Below, piece by piece: positions 11,690-22,134 of a stretch of DNA of 22,846 nt (the stretch's first letter is position 1; every line of letters starts with the position of its first letter). Below the pieces are notes generated by a model. That model had not been told where the DNA came from and did not search any database. It saw only the letters and a program-made list of their open reading frames with translations. The position numbers and the translations under genes were made by a program. The stretch is from contig JBCBZJ010000036.1 in assembly GCA_039815375.1 (NCBI GenBank), positions 1-22,846 on the forward strand, written 5' to 3'. The stretch comes from Verrucomicrobiota bacterium. GTDB taxonomy: Bacteria > Verrucomicrobiota > Verrucomicrobiia > Opitutales > Coraliomargaritaceae.

Positions 11690-12104
11690 CTGCACTCTCA
11701 GAGCCATCTTCTCCGAGTGACCAGATGTCGAAGCCTCTTGCACCAGAAACATTCTTCGTTCCCGGATAACGATATTGATAAGGTTTTCCCCATGGGTCGA
11801 TTGGCTGCTCTGTTACATATGGGCCTTTCCAGCGCGACTCCTTGCCGGCCGGTGCTGTGAGTAGAGCGGCTAGCCCCTCTGCAGTGCTGGGGAAGTTGCC
11901 GACATCCAGACGGTAGCGGGTCAGGGGCAGTTTGCTGTCGTTAATAAAAAGCTCAGCCGCCGTGGCTTGGTTATCTCCAAAAACACCTATCAGCTGTGTA
12001 ATAGCGACGCTGGCCAACAAAGCCATGAGTGCGACCGCAATCAGGATTTCCAACAAACTGAAGCCAGCATTTCTAGGGCGTTTTGATAAGTAGCGTTTTT
12101 CCAT
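11667..12104 (-). CDS. gspG: T2SS major pseudopilin GspG
   Basis: G|FSLLE leader, [33 protein letters not shown] and SLGEDG...DDIGNW. Confidence 0.95.
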   Translation of the reverse strand: MEKRYLSKRPRNAGFSLLEILIAVALMALLASVAITQLIGVFGDNQATAAELFINDSKLPLTRYRLDVGNFPSTAEGLAALLTAPAGKESRWKGPYVTEQPIDPWGKPYQYRYPGTKNVSGARGFDIWSLGEDGSESADDIGNWK

Positions 12105-12115
12105 GATATGGGAAT

Positions 12116-12631
12116 TTAAGGTTTTAAGGACAGTCTTCTGTTCAAGTTGTGCCCTGAGTTGGTGATATAATTCAATTGGCGAGGTTCGGGTGCAGATGTT
12201 TGTTTGGGTTCTTCTGCTCTGATCTGCAAAACTTCTTTGTAGGCTTCAGGGCTAAAAAATTGCTTATCATTCTGGGTAGCCCGGATGGCTTTTTCAAGTT
12301 CTTCCAGATTCGAAATCTTATTTATGGAGCCGTTTGCGTTGCAATGGATCGTAATCTCTATAGTTCTGGGAGGGGTTTGCCCGGTAAAACCAGGATTTTG
12401 ATTTCTTGGAAACCTTTCTTCAAGGCAGCTCAGGATTTCCAGCCCGTTGATTTCGGGGAGCTGTATATCGATGATTACAAGGTCTGGTGCCATTTCGATG
12501 TATTGCTCCATGCCTTTTTTCTCGTTACCAGCCATCCCGAGTCGCTCAATCTCCGGGAATGTCGCAGTAAAGGATGTTGATAGCAGCTCTCGCATAATTT
12601 CCTCGTCCTCAATTATAGATGCGGTCTTCAT
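12116..12631 (-). CDS. NarL-type receiver (REC) domain protein without output domain; degenerate, possibly pseudogenising
   Basis: [25 protein letters not shown]...EELEKAI and FFSP are present. The beta4 segment is out of frame and no LuxR HTH follows. Confidence 0.75.
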   Translation of the reverse strand: MKTASIIEDEEIMRELLSTSFTATFPEIERLGMAGNEKKGMEQYIEMAPDLVIIDIQLPEINGLEILSCLEERFPRNQNPGFTGQTPPRTIEITIHCNANGSINKISNLEELEKAIRATQNDKQFFSPEAYKEVLQIRAEEPKQTSAPEPRQLNYITNSGHNLNRRLSLKP

Positions 12632-12767
12632 GGAAAGTTGAGTTGGGCGATAATTGTTCAGTATTTAGTTTTTCCAGTCTTAAGCTGTCGAGGGTTTTCG
12701 AGGATGTAGAAGGCTTGTTAAAGCTACGTTAAAGGCTTTCAGCTGCAGACCAAATGTAATCTTCCTG

Positions 12768-12796
12768 TTGCGATGACTTGATTTCGGGTCCAATTT
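12768..12796 (+). promoter_or_regulatory. Candidate sigma70-type promoter for the moxR operon
   Basis: TTGCGA-N17-CAATTT ending 7 nt before ATG 12803. Confidence 0.25.
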
Positions 12797-12802
12797 TCAC
12801 GT

Positions 12803-13771
12803 ATGTCAGAACATTCAGTTATCCCTGCCCCGAGAGCACTTGAAACCGTAGATCGACTACGCACCAATGTCGAACGCACTATAAGGGGTAAAACCGAAGC
12901 AGTTGACAAGACGATCATCTGTTTGCTTGCAGGGGGGCACATACTTGTCGAAGACCTGCCAGGGCTGGGTAAGACGACTTTGGCCTATTGTCTGGCGAGG
13001 TCTATCGATTGCTCGTTCTCCCGGATCCAGTTTACGAGCGACATGTTGCCTTCAGACATTATTGGTGTTTCGGTATATGACGAACGCAGTAAAGAGTTCA
13101 TTTTCAAGAAAGGTCCTATCTTTGCTAACATCGTATTGGCTGATGAAATAAACCGGACTACCCCAAAGACACAATCGAGCCTTCTCGAAGTGATGGGTCG
13201 CGCTAAGATATCAGTGGATGGGCAAACCTACACGGTGCCGCCTCCGTTCCTCGTTATCGCGACGCAGAACCCGGTAGATTATGAAGGCACTTTCCCTCTG
13301 CCTGAGAGCCAAATGGACCGATTTCTTATGCGAATGAATATGGGGTATCCGGATTCTGAATACGAAATGGAAATCCTCAAGGGCGGCCACTTGCATTACG
13401 ACCAACTGGAATCTGAACCGGTTGTGACTCGTAAGGAAGTGGTAGAGCTTCAGGGTTTTGTGCGTGATGTCTTTATCGAAGATACGGTTTATGAATACAT
13501 TGTGCGCTTAGCCTCGGCGACTCGTGCAGAGGAAGGGTTCCGTTCCGGTGTAAGCCCTCGTGGAACACTTTCCTTAAAAGCTGCCGCACAAGCACGCGCC
13601 TTGGCGAACGGGCGGCCATTCATCCTGCCTGAAGATGTGAACGAAATGATGCTACCGGTTTTTGGACACCGCCTGTCTTTGCGGAAGCCGATGTCAGACC
13701 CAATGGAAGAGCGCCGTTCTATTGAAGGCCTTTTGATGCAAATACTTGAGGGGACGCCAGACCCCGTCTGA
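12803..13771 (+). CDS. moxR: MoxR-family AAA+ ATPase
   Basis: [13 protein letters not shown] (Walker A), [19 protein letters not shown] (Walker B), [15 protein letters not shown] and GVSPR. Confidence 0.95.
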   Translation: MSEHSVIPAPRALETVDRLRTNVERTIRGKTEAVDKTIICLLAGGHILVEDLPGLGKTTLAYCLARSIDCSFSRIQFTSDMLPSDIIGVSVYDERSKEFIFKKGPIFANIVLADEINRTTPKTQSSLLEVMGRAKISVDGQTYTVPPPFLVIATQNPVDYEGTFPLPESQMDRFLMRMNMGYPDSEYEMEILKGGHLHYDQLESEPVVTRKEVVELQGFVRDVFIEDTVYEYIVRLASATRAEEGFRSGVSPRGTLSLKAAAQARALANGRPFILPEDVNEMMLPVFGHRLSLRKPMSDPMEERRSIEGLLMQILEGTPDPV

Positions 13772-14933
13772 GATTTTGACTACGAATAGACAGGTTGAGT
13801 TGCGGGATTGGCACGACTGGACCGACCCGGACTTTTTCAACGAAAGTCGCCAAAGAGAACAGCGGTTTATTCCATTGTTTCTCCGTCAGATACTGCCTGG
13901 AAGAGTCCAGCGCACGAAGTTAACCCTAACCGGCTGGATGCTCATCTTCGTAGCAATGGGGATTGGTTCGGCTGCCTACAATACGGCGAGCAACATTCTC
14001 TTTATGACGCTTTCGCTCTTGCTCAGTAGTTTGGTGCTTAGTGGCATTCTCTCCCTTATCAATTTCAAGAAGCTCTTCTGGGACTTGCAGGCGCCCGAGC
14101 ATCTTCAAGTGGGTGAAGTTGGTATGGCTGAGATCAATTTGAAGAATCAGAAATCAGTTTTTCCGACAATGTGTGTTAGCTTCCGGGTCGGGACTTCGGA
14201 AACAAAAAAGGAGACCGGGCTACATTTGCTGAATGCTCTGCCTGCTGGCGATTCGACTCAACTTGAGTGGACTTTCACACCTAAGCGACGAGGGACTTGC
14301 CGCATTTATCTCCAAGCCGCACAATCAAAGTTCCCTTTTGGATTTCTCAACAAGTCAATCGGCGAGGTGCAGGATCACACTGTGCTGGTCTGGCCAGAGC
14401 GCGTGGACTATCGCTTTTCGCCGGAAATCTCCGGGCGTCGCTACCTCTCCGGTGTTTCGAAGAGGTCGAGTGGACTTGGTAGTGATTTGCTTAACATCCG
14501 TGAATATGTGCCGGGCGATACACCTCGCCTGATTCACTGGAAAGCTACCGCGCGCCTTAACAAACTGATGGTGCGTCAGCTCGCTCAAGAAGGTGAAGGG
14601 GGCTTCCATCTTGATCTCGATCCTGATCAGGGGGCATGGGAAGGCGATCAGTTCGAGCGGCTTTGCTCTCTAGTTTGTGCACTTTCGGAAGACCTTTTTC
14701 ATGCAGGGCGTCTGGAATCGATTCAAGTGCTGGGAGAAGAGCGCATCACGATACGAAGCATGCGAGATCTCCATGGTTTTTTCGACCGGCTGGCTACTCT
14801 GGAGCCTTGCAAAGTCTTTGATCCACAACGTGAGGAACGGAACTTATCGAACCGTATTTCATTTCGTCCGCTAGGGGAGAGCGAAGTTGCCATCTATGTC
14901 GATGACTTACAGGCCGGTCAAACTGACAACTGA
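13746..14933 (+). CDS. DUF58 domain-containing membrane protein (alternative start TTG 13776)
   Basis: Two N-terminal TM helices ([11 protein letters not shown]), KRRG, FPFGF and [19 protein letters not shown]; directly downstream of moxR. Confidence 0.9.
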   Translation: MRGRQTPSEILTTNRQVELRDWHDWTDPDFFNESRQREQRFIPLFLRQILPGRVQRTKLTLTGWMLIFVAMGIGSAAYNTASNILFMTLSLLLSSLVLSGILSLINFKKLFWDLQAPEHLQVGEVGMAEINLKNQKSVFPTMCVSFRVGTSETKKETGLHLLNALPAGDSTQLEWTFTPKRRGTCRIYLQAAQSKFPFGFLNKSIGEVQDHTVLVWPERVDYRFSPEISGRRYLSGVSKRSSGLGSDLLNIREYVPGDTPRLIHWKATARLNKLMVRQLAQEGEGGFHLDLDPDQGAWEGDQFERLCSLVCALSEDLFHAGRLESIQVLGEERITIRSMRDLHGFFDRLATLEPCKVFDPQREERNLSNRISFRPLGESEVAIYVDDLQAGQTDN

Positions 14934-17115
14934 GGATTTGCATGAGGTGAAGCATCTGATGGGCGGGGCCCTAACCTTGCTCTCATTATGGTCGCTTCTT
15001 TCGCTCTCGGTCGACTCGGTTCTTCTCATCTCGGGTGCAATGCTTGCGATTGCGTATGCGTTGGTGAAGCCAGCTCAAGTCAGCCGTATTCCGCAGCGAG
15101 TCTGGCGTTTCGCTGGGCCAGTTATGGTCTTTATCATCGCGGCGGATTTCCTGCTAAACCTGCCAGAGTTTATCCCTTCGCTTGTGCGTATGGTTGTTCT
15201 GCTCCTGATCTACAGGAATTTGGCACCGCGGAGTCAGCGCGAGGATCTCCAGCTTATTCTGCTCTGCCTTTTCTGTCTTGTTATTTCAGGCGTGATGACG
15301 GTTTCGCTGCTTTTTGCCTTTCAGATCTTGCTTTTTACTCCGATAGCAATGGCGCTGCTTTTTGTTATTTGCCTTCTCGACCGTGGAGAAGAAACGGAGC
15401 CTTACAAGGCGCAATGGATGAACTTTAGGTGGTCTCGACTGGCCAAGCGCGTCTGGCTAGTCTTGGATTTGAGTGTTCTGTCCTTGGGGGCGATTTTGTT
15501 TGGCTTCGTCGTTATGGTTTCGAGCGTGCTTTTCATACTGACTCCGCGCTTTAACTTGGATAAGGCAATACCCTTCCTGCAGGTGGAGACGAGCGCAATG
15601 ACCGGTTTTAGTGAAGAAGTTGCATTAGGTGACGTATCATCTGTTCAGAACGACGATTCTGTAGCTGTGCGAATTGATGTGCCTTCACTCCAGTCTCTGA
15701 ATCAAAGTCTCTATTGGCGAATGTTGGTTTTGGATCAATACAAAGAAGGTCGTTTTTCGATGTCTGATAGTTTGAGCTCTTACCTGAAACCACGTAGCTT
15801 ACGGGAACATAATCCGATTCTCTTATCGAGACCGGTTCCTGCAAAAGGCGAGCGGTGGACGTTTTACGTGGAAGGGGGAGTCAGTCGCTATCTACCAGTT
15901 TCAGGGAGATTCAGAACAATGCGTTTCCAAGCGCCTCAGAGCTTGGATTTTTGGGATAATTCGCGCCTCTATCGTCTAGATCAGGTTGATCAGGGTGTTT
16001 TTTCCTTTCAGCTCGAAGACTTACAATTCGATGCGCGAGTCCAAGTTGGTGAATTTGATGTATGGAAGAGCTTTGTCGAAGCATTCAATGATTCAGAAAG
16101 CGATGACGCTAAATATCCACAAACCACTCTCGCATTGCCGCTGAAGTCAGAAGAGACGGCTTACCTTGGTGAAGTTAACGAGCAGATCTTGAGCGGAATT
16201 GACGGCTCTGTTTTGTCCTACAGTGAGGCGCTTACAAACTACCTTTGGCAACGTTACAGTTACTCTCTTTCGCCGGATGGCCAAGTCCTCTTTCAAAATG
16301 TTGAGAGTTCCCCCGATGAGGTTGTCAATTGGTTACAGAAAGGCAGTAGAGGCCACTGTGAGCTTTTTGCCAGTGCTTTCGTCCTGCTTGCCCGTGAGGC
16401 AGGTTTTCCAGCCCGTTTGGTCGTTGGCTTTGCAGGTGGCACATGGAATTCTGTAGAGGATTACTTTATGCTCCGTAATAGTGATGCGCATGCGTGGGTA
16501 GAAATACTTGATCGGGAGTCGAAAGAGTGGGTGCGTGTCGATCCGACTCCTGGAAATGCCGATGTAAGTTCGGATGGCTCTCTGATTGGCAGTTTCGGAT
16601 TTGAGACTGGTTGGAATGCTTGGATTGATAGTCTGCGTATTCAGTGGTATCGGCGTGTCGTGAATTTCGAGCAGCAAGATCAGGTCGAAATGGCTATGTC
16701 GATCAAGGACATGGCGCAGGCATTTACGGAGGAGTTCAGTGCCCGAGCTAAGGAGGTTGTCGCCGAGTTTAAGGCCTGGATCGCACAGCCTTTCAGTGCG
16801 GGCAATCTTTTACGAGGTTTGATCGTGGTCTTATTTGTACTTTGTCTCTATTTCCTATGGTGCTCACGGTATTGGGTGCTCCGCCTAGTCTTCCTGATTT
16901 TTCGCCGTTCTAACGCCCTGGACCCTGTTCGCAAGCAAGCGGGGCAGTATCTCCGGAGATTGAATGAAAGGCATGGTGAAACGCTTCCAGTTCGTTTGGA
17001 AGCGGATCTTCAGGCTCTGCGCTTTGGGCCTGAGGTGAATAGTGAGCTAGCGAAACCTGTCTTTGGTCGAGCCCGAAAAGCACTTCGATCCAAACAACTG
17101 AATAAGGCCGCTTAG
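14896..17115 (+). CDS. TgpA-like membrane transglutaminase (DUF3488-type TM region plus transglutaminase-like domain)
   Basis: Multi-TM N-terminus, TGFSEEV, LYWR, catalytic triad motifs [10 protein letters not shown] / DAHAWVE / VDPTP and a C-terminal TM helix. Confidence 0.9.
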   Translation: MSMTYRPVKLTTEDLHEVKHLMGGALTLLSLWSLLSLSVDSVLLISGAMLAIAYALVKPAQVSRIPQRVWRFAGPVMVFIIAADFLLNLPEFIPSLVRMVVLLLIYRNLAPRSQREDLQLILLCLFCLVISGVMTVSLLFAFQILLFTPIAMALLFVICLLDRGEETEPYKAQWMNFRWSRLAKRVWLVLDLSVLSLGAILFGFVVMVSSVLFILTPRFNLDKAIPFLQVETSAMTGFSEEVALGDVSSVQNDDSVAVRIDVPSLQSLNQSLYWRMLVLDQYKEGRFSMSDSLSSYLKPRSLREHNPILLSRPVPAKGERWTFYVEGGVSRYLPVSGRFRTMRFQAPQSLDFWDNSRLYRLDQVDQGVFSFQLEDLQFDARVQVGEFDVWKSFVEAFNDSESDDAKYPQTTLALPLKSEETAYLGEVNEQILSGIDGSVLSYSEALTNYLWQRYSYSLSPDGQVLFQNVESSPDEVVNWLQKGSRGHCELFASAFVLLAREAGFPARLVVGFAGGTWNSVEDYFMLRNSDAHAWVEILDRESKEWVRVDPTPGNADVSSDGSLIGSFGFETGWNAWIDSLRIQWYRRVVNFEQQDQVEMAMSIKDMAQAFTEEFSARAKEVVAEFKAWIAQPFSAGNLLRGLIVVLFVLCLYFLWCSRYWVLRLVFLIFRRSNALDPVRKQAGQYLRRLNERHGETLPVRLEADLQALRFGPEVNSELAKPVFGRARKALRSKQLNKAA

Positions 17116-17552
17116 GTGTTTCGAACCAAGCGAACTCGATGCTTGCCTGAGGCAGAAATGTCCAGGTGTAGTCGCCAGGCGTTATCGGGGAGGGCGCCTT
17201 CGATGTGCTCCGGCCATTCCACAGCAAAGCACCAGGGACTACGCATGAAATCCTGGATCATGAGTGCGTCCAGATCATCCGCAGAACCGAGGCGGTATGC
17301 ATCAAGGTGGATTAATTGACGGCTGCCCTCGTAGACAGTGTAGAGATTAAAAGTCGGGCTGGTGACAGGTTCGCTGATGCCCCAGGCTTTGGCCAGCCCT
17401 TTGATAAAAGTCGTCTTTCCAGCTCCTAGGTCGCCGTGCATAGCCAGAACACGATTCTCGGGTATAAGTGGAGCCAGTTTGGCAGCCCAGTCTTCGGTTT
17501 CAGAAGCCGAAGCCGTCTCGATACCCTCAACCAGTTGATCGATGCAACTCAT
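17112..17552 (-). CDS. tsaE: tRNA t6A37 biosynthesis ATPase TsaE
   Basis: [23 protein letters not shown] and VEWP. Confidence 0.95.
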   Translation of the reverse strand: MSCIDQLVEGIETASASETEDWAAKLAPLIPENRVLAMHGDLGAGKTTFIKGLAKAWGISEPVTSPTFNLYTVYEGSRQLIHLDAYRLGSADDLDALMIQDFMRSPWCFAVEWPEHIEGALPDNAWRLHLDISASGKHRVRLVRNT

Positions 17553-18550
17553 CTTTTCTTGAAGTGCTCGAAACCGGTTGCCCAGTTCAATGGTTTTTTT
17601 GTGGTTGCGTCGATGTAGCGTCCTTCCGGATGGGCTTTAGTGATTCTTCCGATCCGGCTTAGCTCAAGTTCGGGGAATTCTTTCTTCCAGTCTGATTCAA
17701 ATAAATCGATATCAGCTGCAGTGCTAAGGGTAAAAAGTAATTCGTAGTCTTCTCCATCGCAGAATGCGTGTTCCACTGCAGCTTTGCCGTCTTGTTGTTC
17801 AAACGTTCTGGCATCCGATGAAATCGGTAACCGCTTTGTTTCGATTTCGGCCGAAGCATGGTCCGGCAGGATTGCTGCCAAATCCTTACCCAGACCGTCC
17901 GTTAGATCCATCATCGAAGTCACCTCTTCCTGTTTAGCGAGCCACTGACCTTCAATAAGCCTCGGCTCGAATGCATAATGCTTTCCCAAAATGCTTCCGC
18001 CAAGAGTCCCGGTTACAAAAATCCAATCGCTGATCGCTGCTGTGTGCCGAAGTAAAGGTTTCTGCTTAGCAGTTCCTAAAAGTGTCAGCGCGGCCGAGAA
18101 ATGCCCTGCTTCGAGCTCACTCATGTCACCCCCTACAATCGAAATCCGGTAACGTGCCGAGGCTTCCTTGACTCCTGAAATGAAGGCTTCAAGCCATTTA
18201 ATAGAGACGTCTGGGCCCATCAAAAGGTTCAAAAGAGCCGGACCGGGTTCACCACCCATTGCAGCAATATCGCTGACGTTTCTTTTGATCAACTTCGATC
18301 CCGCATCCTTTGCACCCACAGAGCCATCGATGTGTTGTCCGTAAGTGATGCTGTCTGTGGTCAGAAGCTGTTTCATGCCGGCTGGAGTTTCTATGATCGC
18401 ACAGTCGTCACCTATGCCCAGAGGCGTCGCTGGTGTCACTGAGCCGAGCCATTGCCTGATCCTTTCGATGACTTCAGATTCACCCAATGAGCGCACTGTT
18501 TTATCAGTTGAATCTGTGTTTGAGAAAATCCCGGAATTGAGCAACGGCAT
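17549..18550 (-). CDS. thiL: Thiamine-monophosphate kinase
   Basis: GE...[31 protein letters not shown] and GEDYEL. Confidence 0.95.
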   Translation of the reverse strand: MPLLNSGIFSNTDSTDKTVRSLGESEVIERIRQWLGSVTPATPLGIGDDCAIIETPAGMKQLLTTDSITYGQHIDGSVGAKDAGSKLIKRNVSDIAAMGGEPGPALLNLLMGPDVSIKWLEAFISGVKEASARYRISIVGGDMSELEAGHFSAALTLLGTAKQKPLLRHTAAISDWIFVTGTLGGSILGKHYAFEPRLIEGQWLAKQEEVTSMMDLTDGLGKDLAAILPDHASAEIETKRLPISSDARTFEQQDGKAAVEHAFCDGEDYELLFTLSTAADIDLFESDWKKEFPELELSRIGRITKAHPEGRYIDATTKKPLNWATGFEHFKKR

Positions 18551-18629
18551 GATTGAAGCCCATAGCTTAGAAGGAACTTAGCTCAAGTTAAATAGACGGC
18601 GCATACCCAATACCGCTATTCCGATAGGC

Positions 18630-19271
18630 CTAATTCTTGAGGTATGTCATTGAATTTAAACCTGCTTTGATCCGTTTGAAATGATTATCAAAAAGCTCCG
18701 GAGTGCCGTCGATGACGACCACATGAATCATGTCGTCCTTTTCTAACCAGTTTTCGCCTCGTAAAAGGCGGCCTTGCTCTGTGTCGAAGGCATAGCGGAG
18801 GGTCAGCGCACGTTCTCCAAGGATTCGAAACTTAGCAGGTCCGGTTCCAAGCTCCGGTGGTTCTATAACTTCAAAGTTTCTCTCAACGAATGCTTTTTCC
18901 TGACCCTTGAGATACTCTTCCAACATTTTCTCGGACAATTCATAGCGGAAAGCGCTTACTGGAAATGACAGTATTTCGAATGTGAGTTGCGGCGCAGCGC
19001 GATGATAAAAACGAGCCTGCCCCGGGTTCTTATCCCATAGCATCATGTTAGGAACCGGATCAAAGGTAATCTCTTTACGGCCTTTAATTCGAACGCGCGT
19101 CATAGTCATCATCTCGACTACTTCCTCATGTTCGGTTACTTTATACTTGTCTAGTAAATGAACCGGTATCCGGGGATAGGTTATCTCCTGGCCGACTAAT
19201 GTGGCCGTCGAAAGAAGTATGATCGCCGCTAAAACGATCGCCCTAGAAGTAGGTCTTGATTCTATCCACAT
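18630..19271 (-). CDS. Exported hypothetical protein
   Basis: 213-aa ORF with a signal-peptide-like N-terminus (AIVLAAIILLSTATLVG-Q); overlaps the end of the PilX-like gene by 29 nt. Confidence 0.6.
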   Translation of the reverse strand: MWIESRPTSRAIVLAAIILLSTATLVGQEITYPRIPVHLLDKYKVTEHEEVVEMMTMTRVRIKGRKEITFDPVPNMMLWDKNPGQARFYHRAAPQLTFEILSFPVSAFRYELSEKMLEEYLKGQEKAFVERNFEVIEPPELGTGPAKFRILGERALTLRYAFDTEQGRLLRGENWLEKDDMIHVVVIDGTPELFDNHFKRIKAGLNSMTYLKN

Positions 19272-21450
19272 GGCTATCGTAAGTGGCCTTGTCGACTACC
19301 TGGAAATCGACTGCACGATAACGTCTGGTATTGGGCGTGCCGGGCGGTAGATAACCTTCTGCGAATTTTGAATGAAATCCCCAATCCCGGTTAGGTGCAC
19401 CGTAGACATCTCCGTAACCCCAGCCTCGCGTGCCAACCTCGCTTTCGAAGAGAGCCACCATGGAACCGCGAATACGCAGATTCTTTCCTCCCCAGTTCTC
19501 AAGAAAGCGTGGGAAGTTCTCAACGCCACCACTGTATCGTTTTGTTCCTTCTTCTCCTGATGGCACGAGCCCTGTCAAAATTGCTGCAGAAACCTCGGTG
19601 TCTGCGGCCGTGCGTTGCGAAAGGCTTTCCTTACTCTTTTGATCATCCCAATTTACGCTAAGAAAGGTTAGTGAGTCCGCGATCAGTGCAGCGGGTGCTT
19701 CATGGCCTTCTTTACCGAAATTTCCAGGATCGTCGGAAAGTACTGGTGAGCCCGTGCTTTTATCACCATCAGCGTTATAGTTTCCTTCAATATACATCAT
19801 TTGATTTGTCGCGAGCGCCATACCGTAATTGTCATTTGCATGCGCAAAAGAAGGGTTTGGGATCACATTGCCATTGACCAGTTTGAGGGCCCACCCGTCT
19901 TTTGCGGGATTGACGTTGTCAGGTCTGGATGAGGTTTCGTTTTGGGTTGGAAATTCCACATAAACAACACCGTTCCACCACTGGTCAGGTGCTTGGAAAT
20001 TTTTAGTCCCCCAGTCGTCTTTGTCATTACTATGGACGAGATCTTTCAATTTCGAGATGTCGATTTCGACGATATTAAGATCCTGTGCCTGTCGCTTTTC
20101 ATGCATTCCGCTTTCGATCGTTCCGTCTACTTCCACGAACGGGTGGAAAGTGGCTATGCTCTCAACAGGTTCAAGGTCTCTCGTTCTTGGAGTGCCGTCG
20201 TCGCTCTCATAACGTATATTGCCGTTAGTCCTACGGCGATAGTAGTTATAGGAAATGTCTCCGGCGTCGTCTACCGAGATTACCAAACCGGCCTTGTAAG
20301 CATACTTTTGCGCTTCCACTTCGTTAAGGTCTTTTGCAGCCGCATGTCCCTCAGGATCGTCCTTCTTCTTGGGAATGAAGAGATCCGACTTGTTGAGTAC
20401 GGGTTGGATCAAATTGTAAGCACTATTAAAAGATTCTTTGGTATCTGTATCTGGATTGGTGTCTTCTATGTATTCATCAACGCCGACTGGATTTTGTCCC
20501 AGAACTCCGTGATTGCGGGTTTGCAAATTACCATCCCAAAGCTGGTTTGATAAGTCGTAGAAATCGTCGAACGAGCTGGTCAGCCAATCGCCTCCGAAAT
20601 TTTCTTGTTGTTCGCTTCCCCAAGAGGTGTCCTTCTTCAAATTGATCAGTTCGCCGCTTGCGTTGGGAATACGAACAGATCCGTAGGAATCGCCTTTCCC
20701 GCTGTCGGGGTTACGACCATGGATGAGGTCGCCTGCGAGAGTGACCTTCGAGAAAAAATCAAGTCCACCGCTGGATTGAAACCAGCTGTCGCTATTTGAA
20801 TGAACGTTGCCATAAATTTTCATCTTCGGACCGGGAGCGATTTCCATCGGGACGTTGTAGAAAATTGCATAGGCGAAAAGAGGAGCATCACGGACCTGCA
20901 GAAACTGTCGCGCGTAAACTGTAGAACTGCCTATTTCTGGACGTTCGACTGTAGCTTTACTGACCATTTCGATACTGCGCTCAAAGACGCGTGTGCCGGC
21001 CAATTCATCAAATTGATTGCCTGGTATTCGTGGGTCGATGTAGCGCCACTGGCCGGGAGGTATCTGCCCACCGATGACTTCGGTTTTCTGGCTGTTGAAA
21101 TCAGAAGTCGAAGTGTAAGCCAGTTTTTGGGGTATCACGAGGTAGCTTCCGACCGATCCGGGCCCATGCATTGACGTAAATTCATTAGAGATGTAGAGGG
21201 GGTTATTTGATGGCGAAAGAGCGTCGATGGGAAAGGCGGTCTGGCTGTCGAAACGTTCCTTAAGATCTGCGATACTTGATTGAAGAATGGTTTCCGCAGC
21301 TTGCTTCGCCTCATTGTGAAGGAGCGCCTTTCGGTTCAGGCGGAATTCACCATTAACAAGATCTAGGACAGAATAGGTGCCCACGCTTAAAGCCGTCGCA
21401 ATGATGAGGACGAGGAACAAGCCACTGCCGGATTTTTTATTTTTCTTCAT
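19243..21450 (-). CDS. Large PilX/GspK-like type IV filament tip protein
   Basis: MKKNKKSG|SGLFLVLII leader lacking E5, AKQAAE helix, FAYAIFY...GNVHSN and C-terminal GGVENFPRFLENW...YGAPNRDWGF. Confidence 0.75.
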   Translation of the reverse strand: MKKNKKSGSGLFLVLIIATALSVGTYSVLDLVNGEFRLNRKALLHNEAKQAAETILQSSIADLKERFDSQTAFPIDALSPSNNPLYISNEFTSMHGPGSVGSYLVIPQKLAYTSTSDFNSQKTEVIGGQIPPGQWRYIDPRIPGNQFDELAGTRVFERSIEMVSKATVERPEIGSSTVYARQFLQVRDAPLFAYAIFYNVPMEIAPGPKMKIYGNVHSNSDSWFQSSGGLDFFSKVTLAGDLIHGRNPDSGKGDSYGSVRIPNASGELINLKKDTSWGSEQQENFGGDWLTSSFDDFYDLSNQLWDGNLQTRNHGVLGQNPVGVDEYIEDTNPDTDTKESFNSAYNLIQPVLNKSDLFIPKKKDDPEGHAAAKDLNEVEAQKYAYKAGLVISVDDAGDISYNYYRRRTNGNIRYESDDGTPRTRDLEPVESIATFHPFVEVDGTIESGMHEKRQAQDLNIVEIDISKLKDLVHSNDKDDWGTKNFQAPDQWWNGVVYVEFPTQNETSSRPDNVNPAKDGWALKLVNGNVIPNPSFAHANDNYGMALATNQMMYIEGNYNADGDKSTGSPVLSDDPGNFGKEGHEAPAALIADSLTFLSVNWDDQKSKESLSQRTAADTEVSAAILTGLVPSGEEGTKRYSGGVENFPRFLENWGGKNLRIRGSMVALFESEVGTRGWGYGDVYGAPNRDWGFHSKFAEGYLPPGTPNTRRYRAVDFQVVDKATYDSHVDRIKTYF

Positions 21451-22127
21451 TAGCCTCTTGGTGAAATGGTTAAGTTGTAGGTATTAGTGATTTCCTTGAC
21501 TTCGTTTCCATGGAGAATTTCTCCGTTAACAATGTAGGAATTATTTCCGAGGTTTCGGAAGAGGCTGCCATCCGCTAAGCCCCTTGATAGCTCTATCACG
21601 ATTTCGTTGTTCGGGTTGTGAGCTACTAGGTTTTCATTCAGAAAATTTTCGAAGTGATCAAAGCCCGAGTCAGTTTTGATTTCTGAGGGTGGATCAAAGC
21701 TTTTTTCGATACGGTATACCGGACTTTTTCCGTTAGCATCTGGTTCGCGATAGTATACAATCACCTTAGTGTAGTGCTTATCATCATGGACACCTGGGTA
21801 GGGGTCGTATTGTATGAGAACAAGGCAGTCTCCACTCTCGCCGCTTTGCTTTCTGTCTTCGGCTTTATCTCGGTCTTTTAACAAATAACTTGGGTAAACA
21901 TATGCAGTATTTGCTCCAAGTGTCTCCATCGTGATACGCTGTGTGAAATGACGCACATCCTTTGAGATGAGGGATTTTTTCATCGCCCAGAATAAACCTT
22001 CTGATGTATCAACCATGAAGGTGGCCATACCTGCCGAGATAATCGTAAAAATTGACGTTGTCACGAGTGCTTCCGTTAAAGTGAAGCCACGGCAGTTTCT
22101 GAAACGTTTGATTTTATTCTCTTTCAT
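21450..22127 (-). CDS. Prepilin-type minor pilin, PilW-like
   Basis: MKENKIKRFRNCRG|FTLTEALV leader; its stop overlaps the next ATG by 1 nt. Confidence 0.75.
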   Translation of the reverse strand: MKENKIKRFRNCRGFTLTEALVTTSIFTIISAGMATFMVDTSEGLFWAMKKSLISKDVRHFTQRITMETLGANTAYVYPSYLLKDRDKAEDRKQSGESGDCLVLIQYDPYPGVHDDKHYTKVIVYYREPDANGKSPVYRIEKSFDPPSEIKTDSGFDHFENFLNENLVAHNPNNEIVIELSRGLADGSLFRNLGNNSYIVNGEILHGNEVKEITNTYNLTISPRG

Positions 22128-22134
22128 TTCTTTG

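Noticed and set aside
5200..11720. Plus-strand ORFs opposite the T2SS genes (e.g. 5869-6249, 10193-10681)
   Set aside because: Antisense shadows; the Leu/Val runs merely mirror Asn/Thr codons.
12803..13771. MoxR as a substitute for the missing GspE ATPase
   Set aside because: MoxR is an AAA+ chaperone-type ATPase unrelated to GspE/PilB secretion ATPases, and it has its own usual partner genes here.
17112..18550. thiL-tsaE coupling as a novel system
   Set aside because: Ordinary housekeeping adjacency that occurs in other bacteria.
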